From positions 7,908 through 71,907 of the forward strand of contig CALOBR010000015.1 of assembly GCA_942491665.1 (NCBI GenBank): DNA of 64,000 nucleotides, read 5' to 3'. Position numbers and translations under genes: made by a program. The first letter of the stretch is position 1. Every line of letters starts with the position of its first letter. The stretch is from Jiangellales bacterium. Lineage in GTDB: Bacteria; Actinomycetota; Actinomycetes; Jiangellales; Jiangellaceae. The notes under the pieces are model-generated. The model was not told the DNA's origin and ran no database searches. It saw nothing but the letters and a program-made list of their open reading frames with translations. Shown one piece after another: positions 39,059 to 49,006 of this stretch.

Positions 39059-39151
39059 GATGACCAAGCTCCAGCAGCTCGCCGAACTGAAGAGCCAGGG
39101 ACTGCTCAGCGACGCACAGTTCACGGCCGCGAAGGCCAAGCTGCTGGGCTG
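39059..39151 (+). CDS. 30-aa SHOCT-domain mini-protein (not in the ORF track)
   Basis: ATG 39059 is 8 nt after GGAGG. Translation MTKLQQLAELKSQGLLSDAQFTAAKAKLLG matches the SHOCT consensus (L--L--L---G-LS--EF---K--LL). Confidence 0.5.
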
Positions 39152-39212
39152 AGAGGCTGGGTAGCGCGTCCGCCGCCGGGCTCGGTAGCCTGGAGAAGAG
39201 GGTGAGGGACGG

Positions 39213-40622
39213 ATGACAGCGGCGCGCATCGCGATGCTTGCCAGTGCCCTCGTCTTGCTCGCCGCCGCCTGCACGGGCGGCACATCCACCTCGACGGCAC
39301 CGACGACGTCGGCCGATGCTGCTGGCCCTGAGCTGGTGATCTGGGTCGGAGACGTGGCCGAGCAGACCATAGAGTTCCAGGTCGCCGTTGATGAGGCGGG
39401 AGCGGTCACCGGCACGGTGTCGAGCCCTCTCGACGACGAACCGGCCGTCCCGATCGATGGTTCGGTCGACGGTGAGTCGTTCACCATTCGGATTCCCGCG
39501 GTCGCAGTGGTGTTCGAGGGCGAGTTCTCGGGCGACACCTTGACCGGGACGTGGTCCCAGTCGGGGACCGAACTCCCGGTCACGATGCAACGTCGTGATC
39601 AGCCGCTCGTCCTCAAGCGACCGCAGGAGCCCGCTACCCCCTTCCCGTACGAGTCGACCGACGTGAGGTTCGACAACGCCGACGTCTCGCTCGCCGGCAC
39701 CCTCGTCATCCCCGCCGGCGACGGGCCGTTCCCGGCCGTCGTGCTGGTGTCGGGATCCGGCGCACAGGATCGCGACGAAACCCTCCTCGGGCACCGGCCC
39801 TTCCTCGTGCTGGCTGACAGGTTCGCGCGGCGTGGAATCGCCTCGCTGCGGTACGACGACCGTGGGGTGGGCGGATCCACCGGAGGTCCCCTCGGTGCCA
39901 CCACGGCCGATCTGGCGACCGATGCCGCGGCGGCGGTCGCCTACCTCGATGCCAACCCGAGGACCGGATCGGTCGGCATCGTCGGTCACAGCGAAGGCGG
40001 AATCATCGGCCCCATGGTCGCCGGGGAGTCCGATGCGGTCGAGTTCGTCGTACTACTGGCCGGCCCCGGTCTCCCGGGACGCGACGTCCTGCTCCGGCAG
40101 ACAGAGGATCTCATGCGTGTCGCAGGCGCGTCCGAGGCAGACATCGCGTGGCAGCTCGACTGGCGATCGCAGATCGTGGATGTATCAGCCTCGGGGCTCC
40201 CTGCGGCCGAGGCCGCGCGTGAGATCAGGGCCCTGGCCTCGGCCGCGCTCACGAACCCGCCCGACGGTGTGACCGATCCGCTCGCTCCGACGCTTGCCGA
40301 TACGTTGGTCAAGGCTTTCGCCGATCCGTGGATGCGGTCCTTCCTCGCCTACGACCCGGCACCGGCCCTCGTTGCGCTCGACATCCCGGTCCTGGCGCTC
40401 GTCGGGAGCTTGGATCTCCAAGTCTCGGCAGAGGAGAACATCCCGGCGCTCGACGACGCGCTCGCCGCCAACCCGGCGGCGACAGTGATGGAGTTGGCGG
40501 GCCTGAACCACCTCTTCCAGACCGCGACCACGGGTGCCGTCTCCGAGTACGCCTGGATCGAGGAGACGTTCGCTCCCTCCGCGATCGACATCATCGCGAG
40601 TTGGATCCTCGAGCACAGCTGA
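39213..40622 (+). CDS. alpha/beta-hydrolase lipoprotein
   Basis: Signal peptide with lipobox LLAAAC. Nucleophile elbow GHSEGG. 469 aa. Confidence 0.8.
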   Translation: MTAARIAMLASALVLLAAACTGGTSTSTAPTTSADAAGPELVIWVGDVAEQTIEFQVAVDEAGAVTGTVSSPLDDEPAVPIDGSVDGESFTIRIPAVAVVFEGEFSGDTLTGTWSQSGTELPVTMQRRDQPLVLKRPQEPATPFPYESTDVRFDNADVSLAGTLVIPAGDGPFPAVVLVSGSGAQDRDETLLGHRPFLVLADRFARRGIASLRYDDRGVGGSTGGPLGATTADLATDAAAAVAYLDANPRTGSVGIVGHSEGGIIGPMVAGESDAVEFVVLLAGPGLPGRDVLLRQTEDLMRVAGASEADIAWQLDWRSQIVDVSASGLPAAEAAREIRALASAALTNPPDGVTDPLAPTLADTLVKAFADPWMRSFLAYDPAPALVALDIPVLALVGSLDLQVSAEENIPALDDALAANPAATVMELAGLNHLFQTATTGAVSEYAWIEETFAPSAIDIIASWILEHS

Positions 40623-40886
40623 CGCCAGCCGGGGTCGCGTGGCTCTCGACCTGTGCGGGAATCCAGTCGGGTGCCATCTCGGCGATCGACGAGCTGTGTC
40701 GCGAGTCCCGCGTCTGCGTCCTTCAGGGACTCAGAACGAGGTGTGCTGGGCTCGGATGAGTGCCACGGCTGCACCACGGGGGCCACGCACCGCCAACGCG
40801 TTGTGGTGATGTTGCGGTCGATCACTGAGCACCGCAGGTCCCGCAGCGCAACACGCATCCTCAGCCGCGGTTCTGTCGTCCTCCGG

Positions 40887-41080
40887 GTGTCCTGTCGCCG
40901 CCTGTGGACGCACCACGACCCGGCGTCGACTCCGCCTGCTGTGGGGCCGGTCGATGACGAGGCTTGGGCCGGCGATGGCACCCTGAACTCGCTGCAGAAA
41001 CTCGCCAGGAGTCTGGGCCGCGCGGTCAGCGACGTCGTTCGAAGTGCGCTCAGCCGGTACCTCGCCGACAGTTCACCCAC
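40887..41080 (+). repeat. tRNA-3'-like cassette-boundary repeat R2 (long form)
   Basis: GTGTCCTGTCGCCGCCTGTGGACGCACCACGACCCGGCGTCGACTCCGCCTGCTGTGGGGCCGGTCGATG plus a tail homologous to those of R1, R7 and R8. Confidence 0.8.
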
Positions 41081-41099
41081 TGCGGTCGCCTCCCGCGTG

Positions 41100-44009
41100 T
41101 CAGCCGACCGCGAGCGCAAGTGCCTGCTCTTCCGACAGGGATGCGCCGAGTCCCACCTCTGCTTGAAACCCGTCACCCAAGGCGTGGTGCGAGCGGGAGA
41201 ACCGGTAGAGGGAGGCGAACAAGGGCCAGACTGGTGCTCGGGCGGTGGCTGCGCCCCACAACTGGGCGGCGCGGACGGCGTCGCCCTCCGCCTCAGCGAT
41301 GGCAGCGAGCGGCTGGAGGGCGAGGCCGAACTGGAACGTGTTGCCGGTGTCGAGGGCGATCTGCGCGGCGCGGAGGGCCGGGGCACGAGCAGCCTTGTCG
41401 TCGCCGCTCTTCACCAGAGCGCATGCGCGCACCACCAGGCTGCTCTGCTCGTAGGGGACTTGGTGCTGGCGACGGCTGTAGGTCTCGCAGGCCGCGGCGT
41501 CGCTCAGGCACCTGTCGATGTCGTCTCGCGCGTAGCGGGCGAGTGCTCCCACCATGAGCAGGTGAGCCTGCAGCTGGTGGTCCTCAGGACCGCCGACCTC
41601 GCTCGCACGAGCGATGGTGGCGGCCGTGTTGTCGGTGACCGCATCATCGAAACACTCCAGCTGAGCCAGGTGTGCCGCGCACCAAGCCTCCACGACCGGC
41701 GCGCCCTCCTCCTGACCGATGCGGTAGCCCTGTCGCAGCACCTGGCGAGCCGCCGCGATGTCACCGGCGGCCAGCAGCTGCATCCCCCCGCGGTGCCAGG
41801 CAAGGACGCCGAGACCGGATTGATCGCCCACCTGACGGAACAGAGCTTCGGCGCGGTCGCAGGCCCGCATCGCCCAGGTCAGATCGCCGCAGAGGTAGGC
41901 GCCCGTCACCAGCTCGACCCATGCCCACGCCAAAGCGTCGGCGTCGGCCCCTGCCGCGTCAGCCTCTTCCACGATGGCCTTCAGCGACACGAGCTCGGCG
42001 CCCAAGTCCGCAGGGAGTGCCCAGAACACCCGCCCGATGGCTCGCACGAACGGCAGCGCCTGCGACGCCGCCTCGTACGCGACCGACCAGTCCAACGCCG
42101 CCCGGAGATTGGCCATCTCCCTGGCTGCCCGCGCCAGCCCCGCGCCGGATCGCGGACCGTTCATCTCTGCGCTTGCTTCCTCCGCCACCTGCCGGTAGCG
42201 GCTGCTGAAGGCCCGGCCTGCCAGCGTCGTCTCACCCCTGTCGTCCAGGCGCTCGGCCGCGAACTGACGGACGACGAAGAGCAGTCGGTAGCGCGTGTCC
42301 TGCCCAACAGTCCGGGTGTCGAGCAACGCCGACTCGACAAGGGTCGCTACACAGCGACGGCTCGAGGCGGCAGTCGTCCCGGGGACGGCGCCCGCGATCG
42401 CCTCCGCCGCGGGGGCGTCGAAGTCGGCCGGGAACACCGACAGCCACTCCAGCACGCGCTGGCATCTGGCGCTGAGCGTGGAGTAGCTCCAGTCGATGGC
42501 CTGGGCCACAGTGGCGTGATGGTCGATACGAGCGACCTGAGCCGGGCCGTGGAGGAACTCACCGTCCAGCCCTTCGTTGATCTCCCGCACCGTCATCTGA
42601 TGGGAGCGGGCTGCGGCCAGCTCCAGCGCAAGCGGCAGCCCGTCCAGAGCGCGGCACAGCCGGACTATCTCTGCGGCCGTGGCAGGCGGCACGTCCGCCG
42701 GTCGCCAGCCACGCAGCTGAAGGAACAGGGTGGCGGCGGCTGACTCGAGCGCCTGCTGGGTGTCAGCACCCGCGGCGGGTACCTCCAGCGGTGGCACGTC
42801 CCAGCGGGTCTCCCCACTCACCCGAAGGCGAACCCTGCTGGTGGCGAGCACCCGCAGCGCTGCTGCCCGGTCCAGCCATGACAGGACTATCGCGGCCAGG
42901 ACGTCGGCGACGTGCTCGCAGTTGTCGAGGATCAGCAATACTGCGCGGTGCTCCAGATGCCTGCGAATCGCGACCTGCTGCGGCACCCCTGGAGCAGCAA
43001 CGACGCCGAGCGTGCCAGCGACTTGGCGCAGCACGCCGGCAGCGTCATTCGCGGCGGTCAAGTCGACCCACCACACACCATCAGCGAATCGTGTGCGAAC
43101 GACCCGGGCCACCTCCATCGCCACCCGAGACTTGCCGACACCGGCGCCACCGTGCAGCGTCACCAGCCGCTGAGAACCCAGCAGCTCGGCAATGCGCCCG
43201 ATCTGCTCCAGCCGGCCCACGGTGGTGGTCAGCGGAGTTGGGACGACCAGCGGTGGCTCGGGTGGCTGGGGGTCGAGGTGCGGATCCTGACGCAGAATCT
43301 GCCACTGGAGGCGCTGCAGCGGTGGGGACGGCTCCATCCCCCACTCCGTGGCGAGCCGCATACGGAGGCGCTCATAGGCACGCAACGCCTCGACCTGTCG
43401 GCCCGAGCGGTACAACGCCAGCATCAGCAGCCGCCACCGCGTCTCCCGCATCGGCTGATCCACAAGTGCCCGCTGCAGCTCCTCGACAACCTGGGCGTGT
43501 CGACCCAGGTCAAGATCAGCCTCGATGCGGGCTTCCCGAACCTGCTCCCACTGCTCCCGTAACCATTCCACTTGCTCCCGTCGCCGCGCCGTGTCGGCCA
43601 GGTCTAGGAGAGGTTCTCCGCGCCACAGGTTCTCGGCGTCAGCCAGGCGTCGCCGCCGGGTCACCGGGTCGACATCCACAGTGGCCTGCGAGTCGCAGAC
43701 GAGGGCGCTGTGGAGACGGGCGGCGTCGACGGCATCGGGAGGCACAGCGAGCCGGTACCCGTCCGCGCTCGTCGCAACCGAGTCAGAGCCCAGGCATCGG
43801 CGAAGCCGCGACACGTGGCTGCGCAGCGACTCGGCTGCGGTGCGAGGCGGGTCGTCACCCCACAGCGCGATCTCACAGTCGATCCGCGGGACGGTGCGAG
43901 CGACGTTCAGCGCCAGCAGTGACAGCAGCGCACGCTCCTTGGCCATCAGCGGCTCCGACGCGGCACAGGCGGACCTGACCCGGACGGGCCCGAGCACATC
44001 GACCTGCAT
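41100..44009 (-). CDS. AfsR/SARP-family regulator (winged helix + BTAD + NB-ARC + TPR)
   Basis: ATG 44009 (MQVDVLGPVRV). BTAD region (LMLALYRSGRQVEALRAYERLR), P-loop GGAGVGKSRVA, and a long TPR-like C-terminus. Confidence 0.85.
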   Translation of the reverse strand: MQVDVLGPVRVRSACAASEPLMAKERALLSLLALNVARTVPRIDCEIALWGDDPPRTAAESLRSHVSRLRRCLGSDSVATSADGYRLAVPPDAVDAARLHSALVCDSQATVDVDPVTRRRRLADAENLWRGEPLLDLADTARRREQVEWLREQWEQVREARIEADLDLGRHAQVVEELQRALVDQPMRETRWRLLMLALYRSGRQVEALRAYERLRMRLATEWGMEPSPPLQRLQWQILRQDPHLDPQPPEPPLVVPTPLTTTVGRLEQIGRIAELLGSQRLVTLHGGAGVGKSRVAMEVARVVRTRFADGVWWVDLTAANDAAGVLRQVAGTLGVVAAPGVPQQVAIRRHLEHRAVLLILDNCEHVADVLAAIVLSWLDRAAALRVLATSRVRLRVSGETRWDVPPLEVPAAGADTQQALESAAATLFLQLRGWRPADVPPATAAEIVRLCRALDGLPLALELAAARSHQMTVREINEGLDGEFLHGPAQVARIDHHATVAQAIDWSYSTLSARCQRVLEWLSVFPADFDAPAAEAIAGAVPGTTAASSRRCVATLVESALLDTRTVGQDTRYRLLFVVRQFAAERLDDRGETTLAGRAFSSRYRQVAEEASAEMNGPRSGAGLARAAREMANLRAALDWSVAYEAASQALPFVRAIGRVFWALPADLGAELVSLKAIVEEADAAGADADALAWAWVELVTGAYLCGDLTWAMRACDRAEALFRQVGDQSGLGVLAWHRGGMQLLAAGDIAAARQVLRQGYRIGQEEGAPVVEAWCAAHLAQLECFDDAVTDNTAATIARASEVGGPEDHQLQAHLLMVGALARYARDDIDRCLSDAAACETYSRRQHQVPYEQSSLVVRACALVKSGDDKAARAPALRAAQIALDTGNTFQFGLALQPLAAIAEAEGDAVRAAQLWGAATARAPVWPLFASLYRFSRSHHALGDGFQAEVGLGASLSEEQALALAVG

Positions 44010-44687
44010 GGCACCCTCGCAGATGTCCTGCCCACCAATGTACGAGTGCGGTCGGCGTGCCGGTAGGGAAACCCGTCCCGAGAAGTCGCCCACCCCATCC
44101 CGTGATCCACGCTGAATCGTCAGCCCGCCAGTGACGAGGGGACTCTCATGCGGTTGACCTGACACGGCCGCCACCGCACGCTACTAGCAGTGACACGGCC
44201 CGGTACGGGGGCGGCCATGTAGTCACGCGATACAGAGTTGGGGGACCCGAGCCGTCCAGCCCGCACAGCACGGCTTCGCACGCACCACAGCCAGGGCGCA
44301 CTGGTGAAGAAACTGCGAAACGAATCGCTGGTGCAGCAACAAGTGGGGGCGGCTACCGACAGTGCCCCCACTGTTACTGGCGGACGGGCCTTCCCGTCTA
44401 CCGCGGACTTGCGCGGTCCGATCGGCTTCCAGGTGCGTCTATCCGCCGCGTCGCGTGCGCCCTCATCTCGGTCACTTAGGCGTCAGTTCTTCGCGCTGGC
44501 GCGTCGGCAGTGCGCCGGGAGATAGGTTGCAGCGGGCAGGTGATCAGGGCCGCGCTGCTTGTCCGATTGGGGCGTGCTGACCGCCAGCCCTCGTCGATGG
44601 CCTACGCCTCTGGACCGCGAACCCGGGAGGGAGTAACCACGGGAGCGACGAGTGAAGTGCCGCTCGGCCAGAGTCTGGGGGTGGGCC

Positions 44688-45434
44688 ATGGACGTATCGA
44701 TGGTGGAGGTCGCTTCAGGGGTGTGGCAGGCGCGGGCTCAGCACGTGTGCTGGGTCCTGATCGTCGACGGTGCCGGGGTCACCCTCGTCGACACTGGCTA
44801 TCCCGGCGACAAGGAGCGGGTGATCGCGTCACTGGGGAAGATCAGGCGGGCACCGGCCGACGTCGATGCCGTCGTGCTCACCCACGCTCACCCGGACCAC
44901 CTCGGTAGCGCGGAGTACTTCCGCTCCCAGGTGGGCAAGCCGGTGTGGGTGCATGAGCAGGAGGAGGCCAACGCCACCGGCGAGCGCGTCGAGCAAGTGT
45001 CGATCGCGACGCTGCTGAAGATGGCGTGGCGGCCCAGCGTCCTGGTGTGGTTCGTGCAGGTAGGGGCCGGGTTGAAGGCCGCGCAGATCCAGCGGCTCGG
45101 CGCGGTGGAGAAGACCTACAGCGGAGGCGCGTTGGACGTCCCGGGCCGCCCGCTGGCGGTGCACACGCCCGGCCACACCTCCGGGCACGCGGCGCTGCAC
45201 CTGCCCGATCAGGGTGTGCTGGTGGCCGGGGACGCGTTGATGACCGAGCACGCCCTGTCCACGTCGAGCGGCCCGCAGCTGCTTCCCGACTTCTTCAACA
45301 CCGACACGACCCAAGCCCGGGCGTCGCTGGAACTCCTGCGCCCGCTCGGCGCCGACGTCGTCATCCCCGGACACGGCCCCGTCTTCCACGGCACCCCGAA
45401 CCAGGCCGTCGACCTCGCGCTCGAGCACAGATAG
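44688..45434 (+). CDS. MBL-fold metallo-hydrolase
   Basis: THAHPDH motif. 248 aa counted from ATG 44688. Confidence 0.8.
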   Translation: MDVSMVEVASGVWQARAQHVCWVLIVDGAGVTLVDTGYPGDKERVIASLGKIRRAPADVDAVVLTHAHPDHLGSAEYFRSQVGKPVWVHEQEEANATGERVEQVSIATLLKMAWRPSVLVWFVQVGAGLKAAQIQRLGAVEKTYSGGALDVPGRPLAVHTPGHTSGHAALHLPDQGVLVAGDALMTEHALSTSSGPQLLPDFFNTDTTQARASLELLRPLGADVVIPGHGPVFHGTPNQAVDLALEHR

Positions 45435-45557
45435 CCATGCCCCAGACACGGACACCAGCCAGCCGCCCGGGCCATGGCGCGGCGGCAGCGGCGGTGTGCT
45501 GTCAGGCGTGGAAGACCACTGAGGGCGAGACCGTGACGTCTCGAGATTGGGGACCCC

Positions 45558-45863
45558 TTGTTTGCGCTCTATGTTTGGCATCAGTTGCTGCCCGAATCAG
45601 TCTCTGACTTCGATCGACTGGTCGAGCAGACCGTCCCGAGCATCCGAGCCCACGAGCCCGGCACGCTCGTATACGTCGTGGGCGCAGCCAAGGACGACCC
45701 GACCGCACGGGTATTCCTGGAGATCTACCGAGACGAAGCGGCCTTCGACCATCACAACGCCCAGCCGTACGTCCGGCGCTTCCTCGAAGCGCGAGGACCG
45801 ATGCTCACAGACCTGCGTGTCGAGTTCATGCCCGACTGCGACGGCCAGCTGCAGGCCCCCTGA
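45558..45863 (+). CDS. antibiotic-biosynthesis-monooxygenase (ABM) family protein
   Basis: 101 aa ferredoxin-like fold pattern (FLEIYRDEAAFDHHNAQPYVRRF). Confidence 0.7.
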   Translation: MFALYVWHQLLPESVSDFDRLVEQTVPSIRAHEPGTLVYVVGAAKDDPTARVFLEIYRDEAAFDHHNAQPYVRRFLEARGPMLTDLRVEFMPDCDGQLQAP

Positions 45864-46076
45864 CAGGCCCGACGAAGGCAGTACCGGGGTGTCATCGCAC
45901 CAGCGATGACAAGTGCCACGTGCTCATCCTTACGTCGACCACTACACGCTCACCATCATCGATCCCCAACCATCACCGCGCTGCGGGCGATGCAGACCGC
46001 CCCACTCCGCCGCGCGCTGGGCGCGCTGCTTGCGGCCCGGAATGCGAGTGCCGCAGTTGTCCTGGTGCTGGGTGGT

Positions 46077-46349
46077 TCAGCCGGCGTCAGTCAGTTCGGC
46101 CTCGATGCCGGTCAGGATCGGTGGGATGTCGTGCTCCAAGGTCCGGCGCACGATGTCTGTGTCGACGAGCAGGTAGCCGTGTGCTACGCGGTTGCGCATC
46201 CCCCACATGAGGGGCCACGCGTCGCCGAACAAGCGATCCCTGGTTGCGGTGTCGAGTGGGGCCAGCGCCTCCACCCCGGCGGACAGCCGCATGCAGATCG
46301 CGTCGATCACCAGCTGGTCATCCAGGTTGCCCTGGGCGTGCTGGACCAT
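46077..46349 (-). CDS. HepT-like (DUF86) RNase toxin, copy 1; N-terminus possibly frameshifted
   Basis: R-X4-HXY motif (RNRVAHGY). An alternative GTG at 46406 overlaps the MNT stop (GTGA) but runs into a TGA after 17 codons, in a different frame. Confidence 0.65.
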   Translation of the reverse strand: MVQHAQGNLDDQLVIDAICMRLSAGVEALAPLDTATRDRLFGDAWPLMWGMRNRVAHGYLLVDTDIVRRTLEHDIPPILTGIEAELTDAG

Positions 46350-46398
46350 CAGGGCGAAGTGGGCTTGGCTTCCCGCAGGACTTGTTCGGGGGTCCGGG

Positions 46399-46869
46399 TC
46401 ACAGGGCCACCGCCTCGGTGAGAACGCGATCGCGCAGGTCTGGTCGCAGGGTCGCTGCGGGGATCAGGTCGACGTCTGCGCCGAGCAGTTCGGACAGGCG
46501 TCGTTCCAGCGTGCCGAGCTCCATCAGGCCCATCGGAGTACCCATGTCGAACAGCAGGTCGATGTCGGACCCCACGTGCTCGGTGCCCATGGCCACCGAG
46601 CCGAACACGCGAACGTTGCCGCCTCCGGCCTGATCGATCAGTTCCCGGACCTCGCGGGCATGCCGCCGCAACCGCCGTGCCAGCAGGCCCCGGCCGTGGA
46701 AGCGCAGCAGCCGGGACACCTCGGGCTGGCTGCGCCCGATCAGCTGCGCGATCTGCGCCTGGGTGAGGCCCTGCCTCGAGGCCTCGCGAACGGCGTGCAC
46801 CAACTCGGCCCGGGCGTCGCGAACCGCCTCGTCGCTGCGTCGGGCCACCGCCGCTACGTCGACCACCAC
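46399..46869 (-). CDS. MNT-type nucleotidyltransferase antitoxin with N-terminal HTH, copy 1
   Basis: GS-X10-SDIDLL signature (FGSVAMGTEHVGSDIDLLF), preceded by an XRE-like HTH (LTQAQIAQLIGRSQPEVSRL). Start taken as GTG 46869. Confidence 0.75.
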   Translation of the reverse strand: MVVDVAAVARRSDEAVRDARAELVHAVREASRQGLTQAQIAQLIGRSQPEVSRLLRFHGRGLLARRLRRHAREVRELIDQAGGGNVRVFGSVAMGTEHVGSDIDLLFDMGTPMGLMELGTLERRLSELLGADVDLIPAATLRPDLRDRVLTEAVAL

Positions 46870-46939
46870 ACGAGAGAAGATAGCAGATGCTATGAAGTCC
46901 CGAGGCCGTGTCGCTTCGGCGCATCCCCACCTGCCCCAC

Positions 46940-47012
46940 TTCGCCGCCTGTGGACGCACCACGACCCGCGTCGATTCCGCCCAGTCGGGGCTACGACGTC
47001 GGTCATGGGTTT
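46940..47012 (+). repeat. tRNA-3'-like cassette-boundary repeat R3 (short form)
   Basis: CCTGCCCCACTTCGCCGCCTGTGGACGCACCACGACCCGCGTCGATTCCGCCCAGTCGGGGCTACGACGTCGG. Confidence 0.8.
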
Positions 47013-47062
47013 GTGGTCCAATTGCCTGGCAAGGTCGCCCTACCGGCTGGCCTCGAGCCTGG

Positions 47063-47410
47063 CTACTGCTGGAGGTGGGCCCGAAGGGCGTCGTTCAGTC
47101 GTTCCATGACGTGGGGTGGGACGCGCCCGATGACCGTGCCCAGCCGATGCACCGACACCGAACGGATCTGTTCGCTTTGTGCTTTGGAGTCCACCCGCAG
47201 GCCGGTCTCGTCGGCTGTCAGCAGGGCCTGGAACGGGAAGACGCGGGTGACGTTGCTGGTGACTGGCACGACGGTCACGACACCGCGGCCCAGCCGGGCT
47301 GCGGTGGCATTGGCGCGGTCGTTGCTGACCAGCACCGCGGGGCGCCGCTTGCCGGCTTCGCTTCCCTGTGTCGGGTCGAGATCGGTCAACCGGATCTCAC
47401 CGCGCAGCAT
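47063..47410 (-). CDS. MazF/PemK-family endoribonuclease toxin
   Basis: [31 protein letters not shown]...VVPVTS is the classic PemK fold signature. Overlaps the upstream antitoxin by 14 nt. Confidence 0.85.
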   Translation of the reverse strand: MLRGEIRLTDLDPTQGSEAGKRRPAVLVSNDRANATAARLGRGVVTVVPVTSNVTRVFPFQALLTADETGLRVDSKAQSEQIRSVSVHRLGTVIGRVPPHVMERLNDALRAHLQQ

Positions 47411-47627
47411 CGACGAGCCCGTCCGCAAGAGTTGTCTCCCACGCGGCGGCATCGCCTGAGGCTTCCCACTCGTCCCATGCGGCCGCGTACGCGTCGTCTA
47501 GGGCAGGGTCACCCAGCATTCGGATGGCGCGCTGGATCGCCGCAGAGCGTGAGGTGAGTCCCGCCGCGTCGGCGTAGCGGTCCAGGGTGGCAACGTCGTC
47601 TTCGGACAGGCTGACGCTCAACTTCAT
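47397..47627 (-). CDS. ribbon-helix-helix (CopG/MazE-like) antitoxin
   Basis: [38 protein letters not shown] has the RHH pattern. 76 aa. Confidence 0.75.
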   Translation of the reverse strand: MKLSVSLSEDDVATLDRYADAAGLTSRSAAIQRAIRMLGDPALDDAYAAAWDEWEASGDAAAWETTLADGLVDAAR

Positions 47628-47969
47628 GAAACAATCCTACCCTGGTAGGACTGATGATGCTACTAGGGTAGCGCTTCGGCGTCGGCCGCACACTGATCGT
47701 CCTGTGGGTGCATCCATGTGCGCACTGCACCTGGCCCATTGGACGCTTCTTCGAGTTGGATCTGGCGTCGCTTGCCCGCGTCGTTCGGTGAGACGAAGCG
47801 ACTGCGACGTGAGCTGGCTGGTGATCAGAGGATGCCGCGCTCCGCGACTGGTCGTTGGCTCGACTGGTGCGTCGCCAGTGCCACCAGGCCCCGAGCCGCT
47901 TGGTCTCGTTGGCAAACCCGATGCGCCTGAAGTCGCCGGTCCGCCCCCTTCTGGGGGGAGGATCGGGTC

Positions 47970-48866
47970 ATGCCTGGACATCCCGCTGCCCTGCCGTCTC
48001 GTGTCGCTGTCACTGGTAGCCAGGGCAAGCTTGGCCGCGCTGTCGTGGGACACCTGCGATCGGTGGGCGTCGACGTGCTGGCGATCGACCGCTCCGGAGG
48101 TGACCCGCGGGAGGTTGTTGGTGAGTTCCTGCTTGTTGACCTGACCGACTACGGCCAGGTGGTCGAGGCCCTCACCGGTGGCGTCGACGAGCACCAGCCG
48201 GTGGAGGCCGTCGTCCATCTCGCGGCCATCCCGGCCCCGGGGCTCACCTCGAACGCGGTGACGTATGCGAACAACTCCGCGTCGACCTACAACGTGTTCG
48301 CCGCCTGCCGCGCCGCCGGCATCACCACAATCGTGTGGGCCTCGAGCGAGACGGTTCTCGGCCTACCTTTCCACGACCCGCCGCCCTACGCCCCGGTCGA
48401 CGAGGGCTACCCGCCACGGCCGGAGTCGACGTACGCGTTGAACAAGAGCCTCGAGGAGGAGCTGGCCCGGCAGTTCTGTCGGTGGCAGCCGGATCTGATC
48501 GCCGTCGGACTGCGCTTCTCCAACGTCATGGACGTCGCCGACTACGCCGATTTCCCCTCCTTCGACGTCGACCCCCACCTGCGCAAGTGGAACCTGTGGG
48601 GCTACATCGACGCGCGCGACGGTGCCCACGCCGTCGAGCGAGCGCTCTCCTACGGCGTGCCGGGTGCGGATGTCTTCATCATCGCCAGTCCCGACACCGT
48701 GATGACCCGCTCCAGCGCCGACCTGATGGCGCAGGTGTATCCCGACGTCCCCTTGAAGACGACCCTCGGCGAGCATGAGACGCTGCTGAGCATCGACAAG
48801 GCTCGTCGCCTGCTGGGGTACGAGCCGGTCCACTCCTGGCGAGCTCACGTCGACCCACCGGTGTAG
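47970..48866 (+). CDS. NAD-dependent epimerase/dehydratase family protein
   Basis: Rossmann motif VAVTGSQGKLG and a catalytic Y-X3-K (YALNK). Confidence 0.8.
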   Translation: MPGHPAALPSRVAVTGSQGKLGRAVVGHLRSVGVDVLAIDRSGGDPREVVGEFLLVDLTDYGQVVEALTGGVDEHQPVEAVVHLAAIPAPGLTSNAVTYANNSASTYNVFAACRAAGITTIVWASSETVLGLPFHDPPPYAPVDEGYPPRPESTYALNKSLEEELARQFCRWQPDLIAVGLRFSNVMDVADYADFPSFDVDPHLRKWNLWGYIDARDGAHAVERALSYGVPGADVFIIASPDTVMTRSSADLMAQVYPDVPLKTTLGEHETLLSIDKARRLLGYEPVHSWRAHVDPPV

Positions 48867-49006
48867 TCCCCGCGCCGCACCCGGCGGCGCATCACCCCCG
48901 GCCTGAGCACGTGTCACCACAGGCACAGCCGGCAAGAGACAGCACGAGTCCACCCTCGGCATAGCGCCGCGAAGGCGACCATGTCACGCCGCCGCCGGCC
49001 GGCCAC

